From a virus (lineage: Duplodnaviria; Caudoviricetes), in IMG/VR virus record IMGVR_UViG_3300031953_000070, positions 1 to 34,797 of that record: a stretch of DNA of 34,797 nt. One strand, 5' to 3'. The position numbers and the translations under genes are program-made. Below are positions 18,271-26,349 of this stretch, piece after piece. The first letter of the stretch is position 1. Every line of letters starts with the position of its first letter. The notes under the pieces are model-generated. The model saw nothing but the letters and a program-made list of their open reading frames with translations, was not told the origin of the DNA and did not search any database.

Positions 18271-20513
18271 TAGAAACGTGAGTTTTTATTTTTCTCGCGG
18301 GTATAACTTATAAGGAGATCACTCCCTTTAATTCTGGTAGTGGCTATGAATGCCTGCGACCCGCCACTGGGCTGCATCATACCGTATAGTTTCTCCTGCT
18401 GATCTGTATTGAGTATCATTTCCTGGCTGTTTACACGGGCAAGGATCTTGTCACCGTAATAAGAGGAACCTCCTACGACGCCACCCGCTTCAAATTTTGG
18501 TATTGCGGCAAAAGCAGATAGGACACCACCCACGGCTGTAGCGATAAAAGCAGGTTGCGCAAAAACAGCGCCTGGTCCAGTAGCTAAAGCTGAAGAAGTA
18601 GCACTGGAAATAGCTTGAGAGATAGAACTCGCAAGCATCATTGAAATCAACTTTGTTATAGTTCCCGCCAATCCTTTTACAAAACCCTGAAATCCTTGAT
18701 CAGCTAATCCTAATGAGTCAACAACCCTAGAACTTAACCCGTCAAAAGCATCACCAACAGCGCTTCCTACTTGATAACCCAACTCTTGCAGGTAGTAAAA
18801 TTTATTACCTATTTCATCAAGTCCTGCTGTGATAAGATCCTTTTGCTCTGGTAATGCTGCCGCAAGTCCATCTAATGGATTGCCGACAGGCTCTATTTCC
18901 GTTTTTGCGGTTACGGTTGAGACGGTTTTCTCATTGCGGGTAAAGGAAACATCGGGCACTTTGATATTATCAAAGCTTTCAGACACCTTTTTGTTACTTG
19001 TAATAAGGCTGTCATTATCTCCCAAAAAACTGGTTAATTTATCCTGAAGCTTCCGCAGTTCGCTGCCTTCTTTACCCATATTTTCCGCAACACTGGCAGA
19101 ACTTCTGGCGGTAAACGCATACGCATTACCAGCCGAAAGGACCGCATTGCCCAGATTCTGCCAGATAGAAGGTTTTGCAGCGTCATTTTGCCCCAGTTGC
19201 AGATCAAGTAATTGCTTTTGCACTTCCACAAGCTTATCCTGCGCAGCCATTACACGCGCTTTCTGAAGCAGTGAAGTCACATAATCGTCAGTAGCGGTTT
19301 TAGCCTTATCTGTGTTTATGGTTTCCAGAGTAAGACCACCCAGATAATCCGGACTTAGCGTATTGAGTTCTTTTATGGCAGCAATACGATCTTCTTTACT
19401 TGCCGTATCATCACGGGCAACCGTGAGCAGTTTTTCTAATTGCGCCTTTTCTTCAGCAATACTACCCGTAGCACTTGCAGTAATGGAACTGAATTCCTTT
19501 TGCGCATCTGTAAGTTCCGTGAAGCGGCTATTTGCGATTAAGGCGGTTGCAGCCACAGCGGCGAGAACAGCGGCAAATGCACCTATGGGATTTGCAGCGA
19601 TCACCACACTCAATGTTTTAACGAGCGGGATAAGCGTTCCAATATTCCGTACGAGCGTACCGGTAATTATAAGTAATGGACCCAGCGCAGCGGCAAATGC
19701 GGCAACCACCACAATGGTTTTTTTAGTTCCACTGGAAAAACCATCTACAGTCTGCGCGACTTCTTTGATTCTTTTTGCAAAGGGCAGAAGCGCTTCACTG
19801 ATAATTTTACCAAAACCCTCAAGCACATCACCCAGTGTATTGCTCAATTGTTTAAAGCCACCAGCTCCAGCTTCGGCCGCAGCTTTTGCACTGCCACCGT
19901 ATTGTTTTTCCAGTTCATCAAGGATGATGTTCTGGGCATCTGCCAGCTTATTGGTTTTTACCAACGAATTGATCATTTGCTTTTGATCAACTGAAAACTG
20001 GATCCCACTACGGGAAAGTGCAGATAGATTTGCGACAGGATCATTTAAAGCTTTACCCAACTGGATAGAAGCACTTTTAAGGTCACCATCCAGACGGGTG
20101 GCAAGATCTAGCGCTGCCTGTTGGGTGCGGTCAAATTCTTTATTGGCAATATTGGTAAACGTGAGCAGCTGCGCGGTGGCATCCTTTAATATCTCTTCAT
20201 CACCAAAAAGGGAATTGTTTTGCAGTTCAGAAGCCATATCCTGCAATTGCTTGCTGGTTTTACCCACCTGATTGCCCGTAGTCTTTAAACCCTGCTCTAC
20301 CTGCGCGATGGCTTTGGCCTGCTTATCAAAGTTGGCCACCGCCACCGCACCCAGACCAAGCAGGGGCGCGGTAATAGTTAGGCTCATTTTCTTACCAACA
20401 GCCTGCATCTTTTTACCAGCACGCTCCATTGTGCGCGTGGCATTCTGAATGCCTGAACTAAAGCTACTTAGATCAGAAATAAAGCTAATTTTTACAGTTG
20501 AAAAGGCTCCGCT
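18270..20513 (-). CDS. Tape measure protein; probable 5' end at the in-frame AGC at 20513 (first ATG at 20429)
   Basis: Ala/Gly-rich helical protein ending FEAGGVVGG...ARVNSQEMILN. The frame is open from 20525 and encodes a TMP-like start (GAFSTVKISFISDLSSFSSGIQNA) upstream of the first ATG. The product call is firm; the start is inferred. Confidence 0.85.
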   Translation of the reverse strand, partial: SGAFSTVKISFISDLSSFSSGIQNATRTMERAGKKMQAVGKKMSLTITAPLLGLGAVAVANFDKQAKAIAQVEQGLKTTGNQVGKTSKQLQDMASELQNNSLFGDEEILKDATAQLLTFTNIANKEFDRTQQAALDLATRLDGDLKSASIQLGKALNDPVANLSALSRSGIQFSVDQKQMINSLVKTNKLADAQNIILDELEKQYGGSAKAAAEAGAGGFKQLSNTLGDVLEGFGKIISEALLPFAKRIKEVAQTVDGFSSGTKKTIVVVAAFAAALGPLLIITGTLVRNIGTLIPLVKTLSVVIAANPIGAFAAVLAAVAATALIANSRFTELTDAQKEFSSITASATGSIAEEKAQLEKLLTVARDDTASKEDRIAAIKELNTLSPDYLGGLTLETINTDKAKTATDDYVTSLLQKARVMAAQDKLVEVQKQLLDLQLGQNDAAKPSIWQNLGNAVLSAGNAYAFTARSSASVAENMGKEGSELRKLQDKLTSFLGDNDSLITSNKKVSESFDNIKVPDVSFTRNEKTVSTVTAKTEIEPVGNPLDGLAAALPEQKDLITAGLDEIGNKFYYLQELGYQVGSAVGDAFDGLSSRVVDSLGLADQGFQGFVKGLAGTITKLISMMLASSISQAISSATSSALATGPGAVFAQPAFIATAVGGVLSAFAAIPKFEAGGVVGGSSYYGDKILARVNSQEMILNTDQQEKLYGMMQPSGGSQAFIATTRIKGSDLLISYTREKNKNSRF

Positions 20514-20520
20514 TCGGCTA

Positions 20521-21345
20521 TTATTTTAGTTTATCAATTATTGATCTACGTTTGCAAATATTTGCAACGATATTCCATGCAATACCTGTATCAAGAGAGA
20601 TATGATGTATTATTTCACCATTCTCAAAACGCTGGCGCAATCTTCTGCGCATAGCTATCGGGTATTTATAATATTTTGATCTCTTATCATTTGCTCGTTT
20701 TTTAACTTCATCAGACATATCTTTATAGTTGTCCAAATGAGTTCCTAAAGCGATATTGTCTTTTGAATTATCCTGACAATTACCGTTTAAATGCCTTACG
20801 CAATCAGAAGTATAAACTTCATTCCCAAACTTTTGAAAAGCCTGTAATCTATGCACAAATACCTGTGACATATTGTGCTCTTTAAACGGTATGGAAAATA
20901 ATTTATATCCAAACTTATTATTGAATATTTTTTCCTCCACATCAAAGCCATTATAAAGAAGCGCTCCACAGTCATCAACTCCATAACCTAAGTGATATGC
21001 TCTTTCTGCTTTTTGCATATTTAACAAAGCTTCATTTATGATCTCCGATCCCTTCCCCAATTCAATGTTATCAATAGAACAATCTTGGGAATTAAGATTT
21101 AAATGGCGGATCAGCCTAAAATTATACAGCTTTGTTCCAAACTTCTGAAAAGCCTGTAACCTAGCTATATATATGGTTTGGGTCTTCCCATATCTTCTAA
21201 TAGAAAAATAAGTCTTACCACTTTTATTTTGCGAAGAATATTCACGGCCATTTAAATTATAGAGCGCTCCTGCTAGCGATACCCTAAAACCTTGATTATA
21301 GGCCTTTTCCTCTGGTTTCATGTTTTCATAAGTTTCTTTTTTCAT
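20521..21345 (-). CDS. HNH homing-endonuclease-like protein with tandem duplicated HNH domains and C-terminal HTH
   Basis: RLQAFQKFG...RHLN.N.QD.S.DNI.LG occurs twice; the second copy has intact VHR/HLNG/DN/N; AT-rich DNA. Confidence 0.8.
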   Translation of the reverse strand: MKKETYENMKPEEKAYNQGFRVSLAGALYNLNGREYSSQNKSGKTYFSIRRYGKTQTIYIARLQAFQKFGTKLYNFRLIRHLNLNSQDCSIDNIELGKGSEIINEALLNMQKAERAYHLGYGVDDCGALLYNGFDVEEKIFNNKFGYKLFSIPFKEHNMSQVFVHRLQAFQKFGNEVYTSDCVRHLNGNCQDNSKDNIALGTHLDNYKDMSDEVKKRANDKRSKYYKYPIAMRRRLRQRFENGEIIHHISLDTGIAWNIVANICKRRSIIDKLK

Positions 21346-21349
21346 GATA

Positions 21350-21604
21350 CTACGCGTTTAAAAGGTTTGATTTAAAGGACGTATAATCTAGATATGGAAA
21401 GTGCTGATAAAGGGCATAATAATCCATAGAAACTTTCATAAAAGCTTCTTCACAACTTTTAGAAAAAGGTAATTTTTTAAAATAGCAAGCGACAAACCCA
21501 CCAGGCTCGGCTAGTTTCGCTACATAGATTTCTCTCGGGGTGTAATAATCGGCTGTAAAAGCTGTTTTTGAGGCATTTCTGCCAATTTGTTCGTTGTTTC
21601 GCAT
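21350..21604 (-). CDS. Hypothetical protein, paralogue of the gene downstream of terL
   Basis: MRNNEQ...LAEPGGFVACYFKKLPFSKSCEEAF...YLDYTSFK aligns with 30922..31182. Confidence 0.7.
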   Translation of the reverse strand: MRNNEQIGRNASKTAFTADYYTPREIYVAKLAEPGGFVACYFKKLPFSKSCEEAFMKVSMDYYALYQHFPYLDYTSFKSNLLNA

Positions 21605-21760
21605 AACGTAAAAATTTGAGTTAAGAGCATGAAGAGATGGGTCGCTGCGAAACAACGAACAATTATGGTAATTGTAGGAAGATGCGATACTTTCACTCGC
21701 TCGCCCATCTCTAGGCTCATATGTTTTTTTTGAAGTACCATAATTAAAATTGTTTCGCAT
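21587..21760 (-). ncRNA. c4/CI-like antisense RNA with its upstream and downstream target sequences
   Basis: Stem AGAGATGGG/CCCATCTCT (21633-21641/21704-21712) encloses 21646-21670, which is complementary to 21587-21603 (17 nt), 21736-21745 and 21750-21759. Confidence 0.65.
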
Positions 21761-21762
21761 AG

Positions 21763-21792
21763 CGAAGATACACAAAAAAACAAAAGATGCAA
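21763..21792 (-). promoter_or_regulatory. Bacteroidota-type promoter for the c4-like cassette
   Basis: -7 box TATCTTCG (one mismatch to TAnnTTTG) and -33 TTG, 19-nt spacer. Confidence 0.55.
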
Positions 21793-21819
21793 GTATTAAT
21801 TTCATAACTTCTTGTTTTG

Positions 21820-21891
21820 TAGCGGTGGCGGGTATCGAACCCACTACCTCTGGCAAAGCACGCCAGCGAGCTGCCATTGCTCCACACCGCG
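21820..21891 (-). tRNA. Initiator (fMet)-scaffold tRNA-like gene with anticodon GCT and an atypical anticodon loop
   Basis: CGCGGTG-TG-GAGC-AATGGCA-GCTC-G-CTGGC-GTGCTTT-GCCAG-AGGTA-GTGGG-TTCGATA-CCCGC-CACCGCT-A. Full cloverleaf with C1xU72 mismatch, A11:U24, short variable arm and no encoded CCA. Confidence 0.85.
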
Positions 21892-21893
21892 AT

Positions 21894-22254
21894 TTATTCT
21901 TCTTTTAGTTCATCCACTTTATCCCAGAAATCACTCGATTTTATGGGTATAATGGCTATTATTTCTTTTTTATCCCACGGTAAAGAGAGCGTTTCAAGCA
22001 GTTTAGCACCTTTTTTAAGATGCGGCTTGATGCTTATAAATGCATTGTACCTGGTAATTTCCCAGCGCTCCCTGCTTTCGGCTTCCTGTTTGCGGGAATA
22101 GCCCACTACCTTATTTTCAAACTGGCGCGGCGTCATTGAATAAAACTGCGATGGCGATAAATCAAGTTCACCAATAGCAAGTTCCTCAAGCTGGTCCCAG
22201 GTTACTTCTTCCTCTTTTTCGGGCTTGCGGGCTTTGCCGGATTGCTTTTTTTTT
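21894..22254 (-). CDS. Tail assembly chaperone C-terminal extension (gpT-like), reached by -1 frameshift
   Basis: The -1 frame is open from the A9 run through EEVTWDQLEELAIGELDLSPSQFYSMTPRQF...RERWEITR. Confidence 0.8.
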
Positions 22255-22561
22255 CTTGAGGAAAGCTGGCGGCAAAGACTTCCATGATCTCAGCCATTTT
22301 AGTCGAATCATAGATTACTTCGCCTATGATAAGATCCTGGTCCTCGTCAAAGTCTCCCTGAATACCGCTGAAAATAACATCGCGCAGATCATCTATCTGC
22401 TCAAAGGTGGGATCTTCGCCCATGTCTGAAAACTTCGACAAACGCTTAATGAGTTCGCCGAAGGTTTTAATGTTCCAGATTTTGGAAAGCGTACGATGGC
22501 TTCCATAGTTGAAAGCTATCGTATACTTTTTACCGTTTATTTCAATCACTGGTTTTCTCAT
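22202..22561 (-). CDS. Tail assembly chaperone (gpG-like)
   Basis: IEINGKKYTIAFNYGS; lies between the tail tube and TMP genes. Confidence 0.8.
   Translation of the reverse strand: MRKPVIEINGKKYTIAFNYGSHRTLSKIWNIKTFGELIKRLSKFSDMGEDPTFEQIDDLRDVIFSGIQGDFDEDQDLIIGEVIYDSTKMAEIMEVFAASFPQEKKSNPAKPASPKKRKK
22246..22254 (-). other. Programmed -1 ribosomal frameshift slippery site
   Basis: GAA AAA AAA AGC gives an in-phase A AAA AAA heptamer. Confidence 0.75.
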
Positions 22562-22974
22562 ACCGCGATAACTCCTTTAGTAGGCGCACCATTTCCGGTA
22601 AGCGAGAAGCTTGCGGTGGGATCTTCATTTACCGCGCTGCTGGCATCCAACTGACTGAAATATGCCTTGCCGCTGTAGAATGTATTGCCGGTGCTGCTAG
22701 GGGTAAACTCAACATCAATCTCTGTTTTTGCGAGCATTGCATCAAACAGATCTTCAAAGTTGACATACTCTGTAGGTGCATCCACCGTACTCACCAGCAG
22801 GCTTTCACCGCTTGCACTCCAATCAATGATATTTGGTGCGCGTTCTACACCGTCTGTATCTTTGGTTGCCCGCTCCCTGAAATCCAGCGTTAAACTTATA
22901 GATGCCGAAGTCTCGTGCGCGAATTTTTTACCGTCAATCGTAAGTCTTAAAATGCCCTCTACTGTCTGTGCCAT
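22558..22974 (-). CDS. Major tail tube protein (TP901-1 family-like)
   Basis: ATKDTDG...WSASGESL...YSGKAYFSQLD...ATASFSLTGNGAP-like pattern (PTASFSLTGNGAP). Confidence 0.85.
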   Translation of the reverse strand: MAQTVEGILRLTIDGKKFAHETSASISLTLDFRERATKDTDGVERAPNIIDWSASGESLLVSTVDAPTEYVNFEDLFDAMLAKTEIDVEFTPSSTGNTFYSGKAYFSQLDASSAVNEDPTASFSLTGNGAPTKGVIAV

Positions 22975-22979
22975 TGGTT

Positions 22980-23336
22980 TTATTTTTTAAATGTGAAACT
23001 CATTGTTACGTAAGCCGTTTTTAGGTCATTGCTGTAATCGCTGTCTGACCCCTGAAAATAGAAGCTCTTTAAAATGCCTGCTTCCAGTAACTGCTCCTTA
23101 ATATTCTGGGCGCTCTGTGCGCCGTTTAGGTAATCATCGTCAAAGACGGTCACCGCCAGGTTATAATTGCCCAGACCACCTTTGGCCTCTGGATTGACTT
23201 CATCAACTTTATAGGTTATAAATGGTCTATCGGTGCCTTCTTCCGCATACAGCGGAAACACGCCACCCGCAAAACGCGCCTGGGCTTCTGCAGTTGCCGT
23301 TATTGCTGTATATGCTGCTTTTATCGCATCAACCAT
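22980..23336 (-). CDS. Tail completion/terminator protein
   Basis: VFPLYAEEGTDRPFITY; position before the tail tube gene. Confidence 0.7.
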   Translation of the reverse strand: MVDAIKAAYTAITATAEAQARFAGGVFPLYAEEGTDRPFITYKVDEVNPEAKGGLGNYNLAVTVFDDDYLNGAQSAQNIKEQLLEAGILKSFYFQGSDSDYSNDLKTAYVTMSFTFKK

Positions 23337-23760
23337 CTCCTAACCTATCTATTGATTTTTGCACATATCGTGCTAATTGTACCCTTGCTTTTTCACGCGC
23401 ACCCGGCACCGTAATCGTTCGGGCGCGGCCTACAAAGGGATTTGCCCTGGTCTTACCTTTACCGGTTATTTTGCGGCCATATTCAACAAAGTGGGCGTAA
23501 TACGCCTTCTTTCGATTTGGGGCGACCTTCACACCGGCAAGCGCTGCATCACGGAAACGAATCCTGCTGATGCGCAACGACTTTTTAAGCGCGCCTGTTT
23601 TCCCTTCCGGGGCTTCCTGCCTTGCGGCGGCAAGCGCTGGTTTTGCCACACGGCGCATGATCTTCTCGATCTCGCGGCCCTTGACTTTATCCGGTAGGCG
23701 CTTTAATTTTGCGCGGAGCTCTTCAAAGCCTTCCACGTCTATATCTATGCGGTTACTCAC
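23329..23760 (-). CDS. HK97 gp10-like neck protein
   Basis: VEGFEELRAKL...APEGKTGALKKS...YYAHFVEYG...ANPFV. Confidence 0.85.
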   Translation of the reverse strand: MSNRIDIDVEGFEELRAKLKRLPDKVKGREIEKIMRRVAKPALAAARQEAPEGKTGALKKSLRISRIRFRDAALAGVKVAPNRKKAYYAHFVEYGRKITGKGKTRANPFVGRARTITVPGAREKARVQLARYVQKSIDRLGDG

Positions 23761-24091
23761 GACGGGAGCATTTCAACTCAATGAACACATCACGGCCGTG
23801 AACACCTACATAATTGACATCCCACTTTACACCATCGTCAACCACGATCAAGTTTGCACTGTCCTGGTAAACTGCCTTGCGGTAGCGTATAAAGTAGCGG
23901 CGTACCTGCAGAGCGATCACGGTACCATCGTCAAGGCTCTCACCGCCGCTGGTATCTTCACGCTTTGCCCACACCGGGGCTATTTCATTGAACGTATCAG
24001 ACCGTTCCCCTATCGTATTCCTGCCACCGGCAACACGTTGTAAGATCACGCGGCGGTTGAGATCGCCAATAGATGGAAGGTCATTTGCCAT
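23753..24091 (-). CDS. Head closure/head-tail adaptor (SPP1 gp16-like)
   Basis: IGDLNRRVILQR...VWAK...FIRYR. Confidence 0.85.
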   Translation of the reverse strand: MANDLPSIGDLNRRVILQRVAGGRNTIGERSDTFNEIAPVWAKREDTSGGESLDDGTVIALQVRRYFIRYRKAVYQDSANLIVVDDGVKWDVNYVGVHGRDVFIELKCSRRE

Positions 24092-24093
24092 TG

Positions 24094-24651
24094 TTACCCG
24101 TATTTTCTAAAAGGGCGCAGCAATGACTGGCTGGCCTTATTGGTTATTGCCTTGCGGTCTTCACGATAGGTGTACATGTCTGAAATTTCCAGCAGCATCG
24201 CACGGCGTATATTGTCAGGAAGCGTATTTGCATCCCATCCGGAAACAACGGTCGCGGTGATCACGGCCTCTGCATCGCGCGCCACTTCAAATTCCTGAAG
24301 GAACAACAACCTGCTTTCCTTATCGTAGGTGATCAGCTTGTGATTACCCAGATCGTACACTTTATCTTCACCATCCACATCCACATAATCAATCGCGGTC
24401 ACAGCGGTTACTGGATGCACAGGAAGTATAATTTTTCGAGCACCTTCATCTGCATATACCTTTACATCGCTTTTTGCGACCGGATAGCCCAAATACTGGG
24501 AAGCCGAATCAAGCGCTGCACCTATGTACAGTTCAATGAGATCATTATCAAAAGCTTGATCTTCCTCTATGCGCAATTGGGCTTTCGCCTGTGGCAGTGT
24601 GATAAGATCTAGCGGTGATACGAGTTGCGATATGACGGTGTAGTTCAGCAT
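24094..24651 (-). CDS. Head-tail connector (HK97 gp6-like)
   Basis: ITLPQAKAQLRIE...DLIELYIGAA...LPDNIRRAMLL...YTYRE. Confidence 0.85.
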   Translation of the reverse strand: MLNYTVISQLVSPLDLITLPQAKAQLRIEEDQAFDNDLIELYIGAALDSASQYLGYPVAKSDVKVYADEGARKIILPVHPVTAVTAIDYVDVDGEDKVYDLGNHKLITYDKESRLLFLQEFEVARDAEAVITATVVSGWDANTLPDNIRRAMLLEISDMYTYREDRKAITNKASQSLLRPFRKYG

Positions 24652-24998
24652 TATTCCTGTACTTCTAAGGCGTAACCAGCTTTTATAAGCTCATCGGCCT
24701 GTTTAGCTTCCATTTTTGGAACAACTTCCCCCACGGAATAAGAAAGAAAGAACCTGCCAGATGGCGACTTCTCAATCAATACTTTCTTATACTTAGAATC
24801 TTTTGCTTTTTTTGGAGCTTTTACTTTTTTTACCTTTTTCTCAGGAAATTGATTGCCGATGATACGCTTTGAAAGTGTATCATCACCAATATTATCGGCA
24901 AACTCAATTTTTAAATCAGTTGCCATAGCCTTCAAATCTTCGGAATTAAGAGCAGCTAGCTCTTGTACCAGCTGCTCTTTTGTTTTTATATCACTCAT
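24651..24998 (-). CDS. Hypothetical head-region protein (Rho-N/HeH-like N-terminus)
   Basis: DLKAMATDLKIEFADNIGDDTLSKRI; C-terminal ADELIKAGYA; follows the capsid gene. Confidence 0.65.
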   Translation of the reverse strand: MSDIKTKEQLVQELAALNSEDLKAMATDLKIEFADNIGDDTLSKRIIGNQFPEKKVKKVKAPKKAKDSKYKKVLIEKSPSGRFFLSYSVGEVVPKMEAKQADELIKAGYALEVQE

Positions 24999-25007
24999 GG
25001 ATTTGGA

Positions 25008-26339
25008 TTAAAGGGTTATTTTCTTATTGATGGCAAAACCCTGTGGATTTGCTGCCATAATATCGCGGTGCAGATTCACGATCATACGCACCTCATTACT
25101 ACCGGCTTTAGTATATGGATCGACAACGAGGTTCATACCACCCCAGAAGCCAGCATATACGTTAGCCATATCACCATAAACAACAGGATAGTTATCCGCA
25201 GTGCCAGTAAGAACTGGGAGCAAAGATGTGCGGACGGTGCGAGTACCGTACAGCTCATTTCTCATATTCATAAGGAAAACACCACTTCCAGCATCCAATG
25301 GAATGCTCTTAGCGATAGCACCCAATTTTTTATGAATCAAGAAAATAGGATTCCCATTAGGGATATTTTCATCATCCACAGCGCCTTCCAACTCATTGAT
25401 TTTAGCAAGGGTCAACTTACCTTCTGCACCGGCATAAACAAAAGCAACTTCGGGATCATTAAGAAGCCCCAAAGTATTAGGAGCGACACCATCACCATTC
25501 AACATATCAAGCATTAATCGCTTGTTTAACGCCGTGGTTATTCGGTTACGAATATCGGTTTCAACATTCCATTCAGATTGAATAAGAAGTTGATTTGAGA
25601 TAGCGGTTTCCATCGCGGTACGCTTGGGCTTCATTATCCTTTTATCCCATTCCTGCTTTTGAGGAGTTGTGTTTGCGGTTTCTGCAAGATTCTCGAAAGT
25701 AAACTCACTACCTCTAACAAGTGGATAATCACCTATAAGGCCCCGTTTTACGGTTACACCTAGATCTTCTATAGAAAGACGATCTACAAAGGTGGGCAGC
25801 ATTTCACCTACTTCTTCACGAACCAGATTCCCGCCAAAAGCCCCACCATCCTGAGTCACGGTATGACTATCTGCGCGGAACATCATTTCATTAGGAATAT
25901 TTATGCCCCTTCTGGGAACTTCCAAGCCTTGACTTCTCAACTCCTCCTTAGCCATTGCATTCACTTCGGCTTCCACACCATCCAAGGCACGCTGATCCAG
26001 TTGCGCTTCAAGGGCGCGCTTCATGGAAAATTTAGCCATAATCTTGGCCTTTTCTCTTTTTTCGGAATCTTCGCCAGACGGTTTATCCTTTTTTCTTTTT
26101 TCTTCAGAAAGATCTACAGGAATGGCATCCCGTTCTGCTTTCTCAAGCTGCAAAGCTTCGGCATTTTCTGCACGGGTAACCGTTGCATTCATTGCTTCGA
26201 TTTCCGCATGGCGCTTATCGAAAGCTGTTGCTTCTTCTGGTGAAAAGTCACGGCTTTCGCTCTCGGCTTTTTCGGTTAATGTGATCTGAGCATCCTTTAA
26301 TGACTGACGCTCTTGTTTCAATTGATCAGATTTTTTCAT
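25008..26339 (-). CDS. Major capsid protein, HK97 fold with N-terminal delta domain
   Basis: Coiled-coil N-terminus, GGNLV, ISNQLLIQS, LNGDG, YGDMANVYAGFWGGMNLVVDPYT. Confidence 0.93.
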   Translation of the reverse strand: MKKSDQLKQERQSLKDAQITLTEKAESESRDFSPEEATAFDKRHAEIEAMNATVTRAENAEALQLEKAERDAIPVDLSEEKRKKDKPSGEDSEKREKAKIMAKFSMKRALEAQLDQRALDGVEAEVNAMAKEELRSQGLEVPRRGINIPNEMMFRADSHTVTQDGGAFGGNLVREEVGEMLPTFVDRLSIEDLGVTVKRGLIGDYPLVRGSEFTFENLAETANTTPQKQEWDKRIMKPKRTAMETAISNQLLIQSEWNVETDIRNRITTALNKRLMLDMLNGDGVAPNTLGLLNDPEVAFVYAGAEGKLTLAKINELEGAVDDENIPNGNPIFLIHKKLGAIAKSIPLDAGSGVFLMNMRNELYGTRTVRTSLLPVLTGTADNYPVVYGDMANVYAGFWGGMNLVVDPYTKAGSNEVRMIVNLHRDIMAANPQGFAINKKITL

Positions 26340-26349
26340 CTTTTTGTTT

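Noticed and set aside
20521-20528. +1 frameshift fusing the HNH protein to the TMP
   Set aside because: The frames would allow it at AAA TAA, but no stimulatory signal is seen and a nuclease-TMP fusion is structurally implausible.
20514-21820. Group I intron carrying the HNH gene and supplying the missing TMP start by splicing
   Set aside because: No recognisable group I core or convincing 5' exon. The structured RNA present fits a c4-like layout better. Not formally excluded without RT-PCR or a covariance search.
21350-21877. 175-aa ORF as listed in the track
   Set aside because: Its 5' part runs through the tRNA, the promoter and the antisense RNA. The ATG at 21604 is the more plausible start.
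21820-21891. Ordinary tRNA-Ser(GCT)
   Set aside because: It has no long variable arm or G73, its body has initiator features, and its loop is non-canonical.
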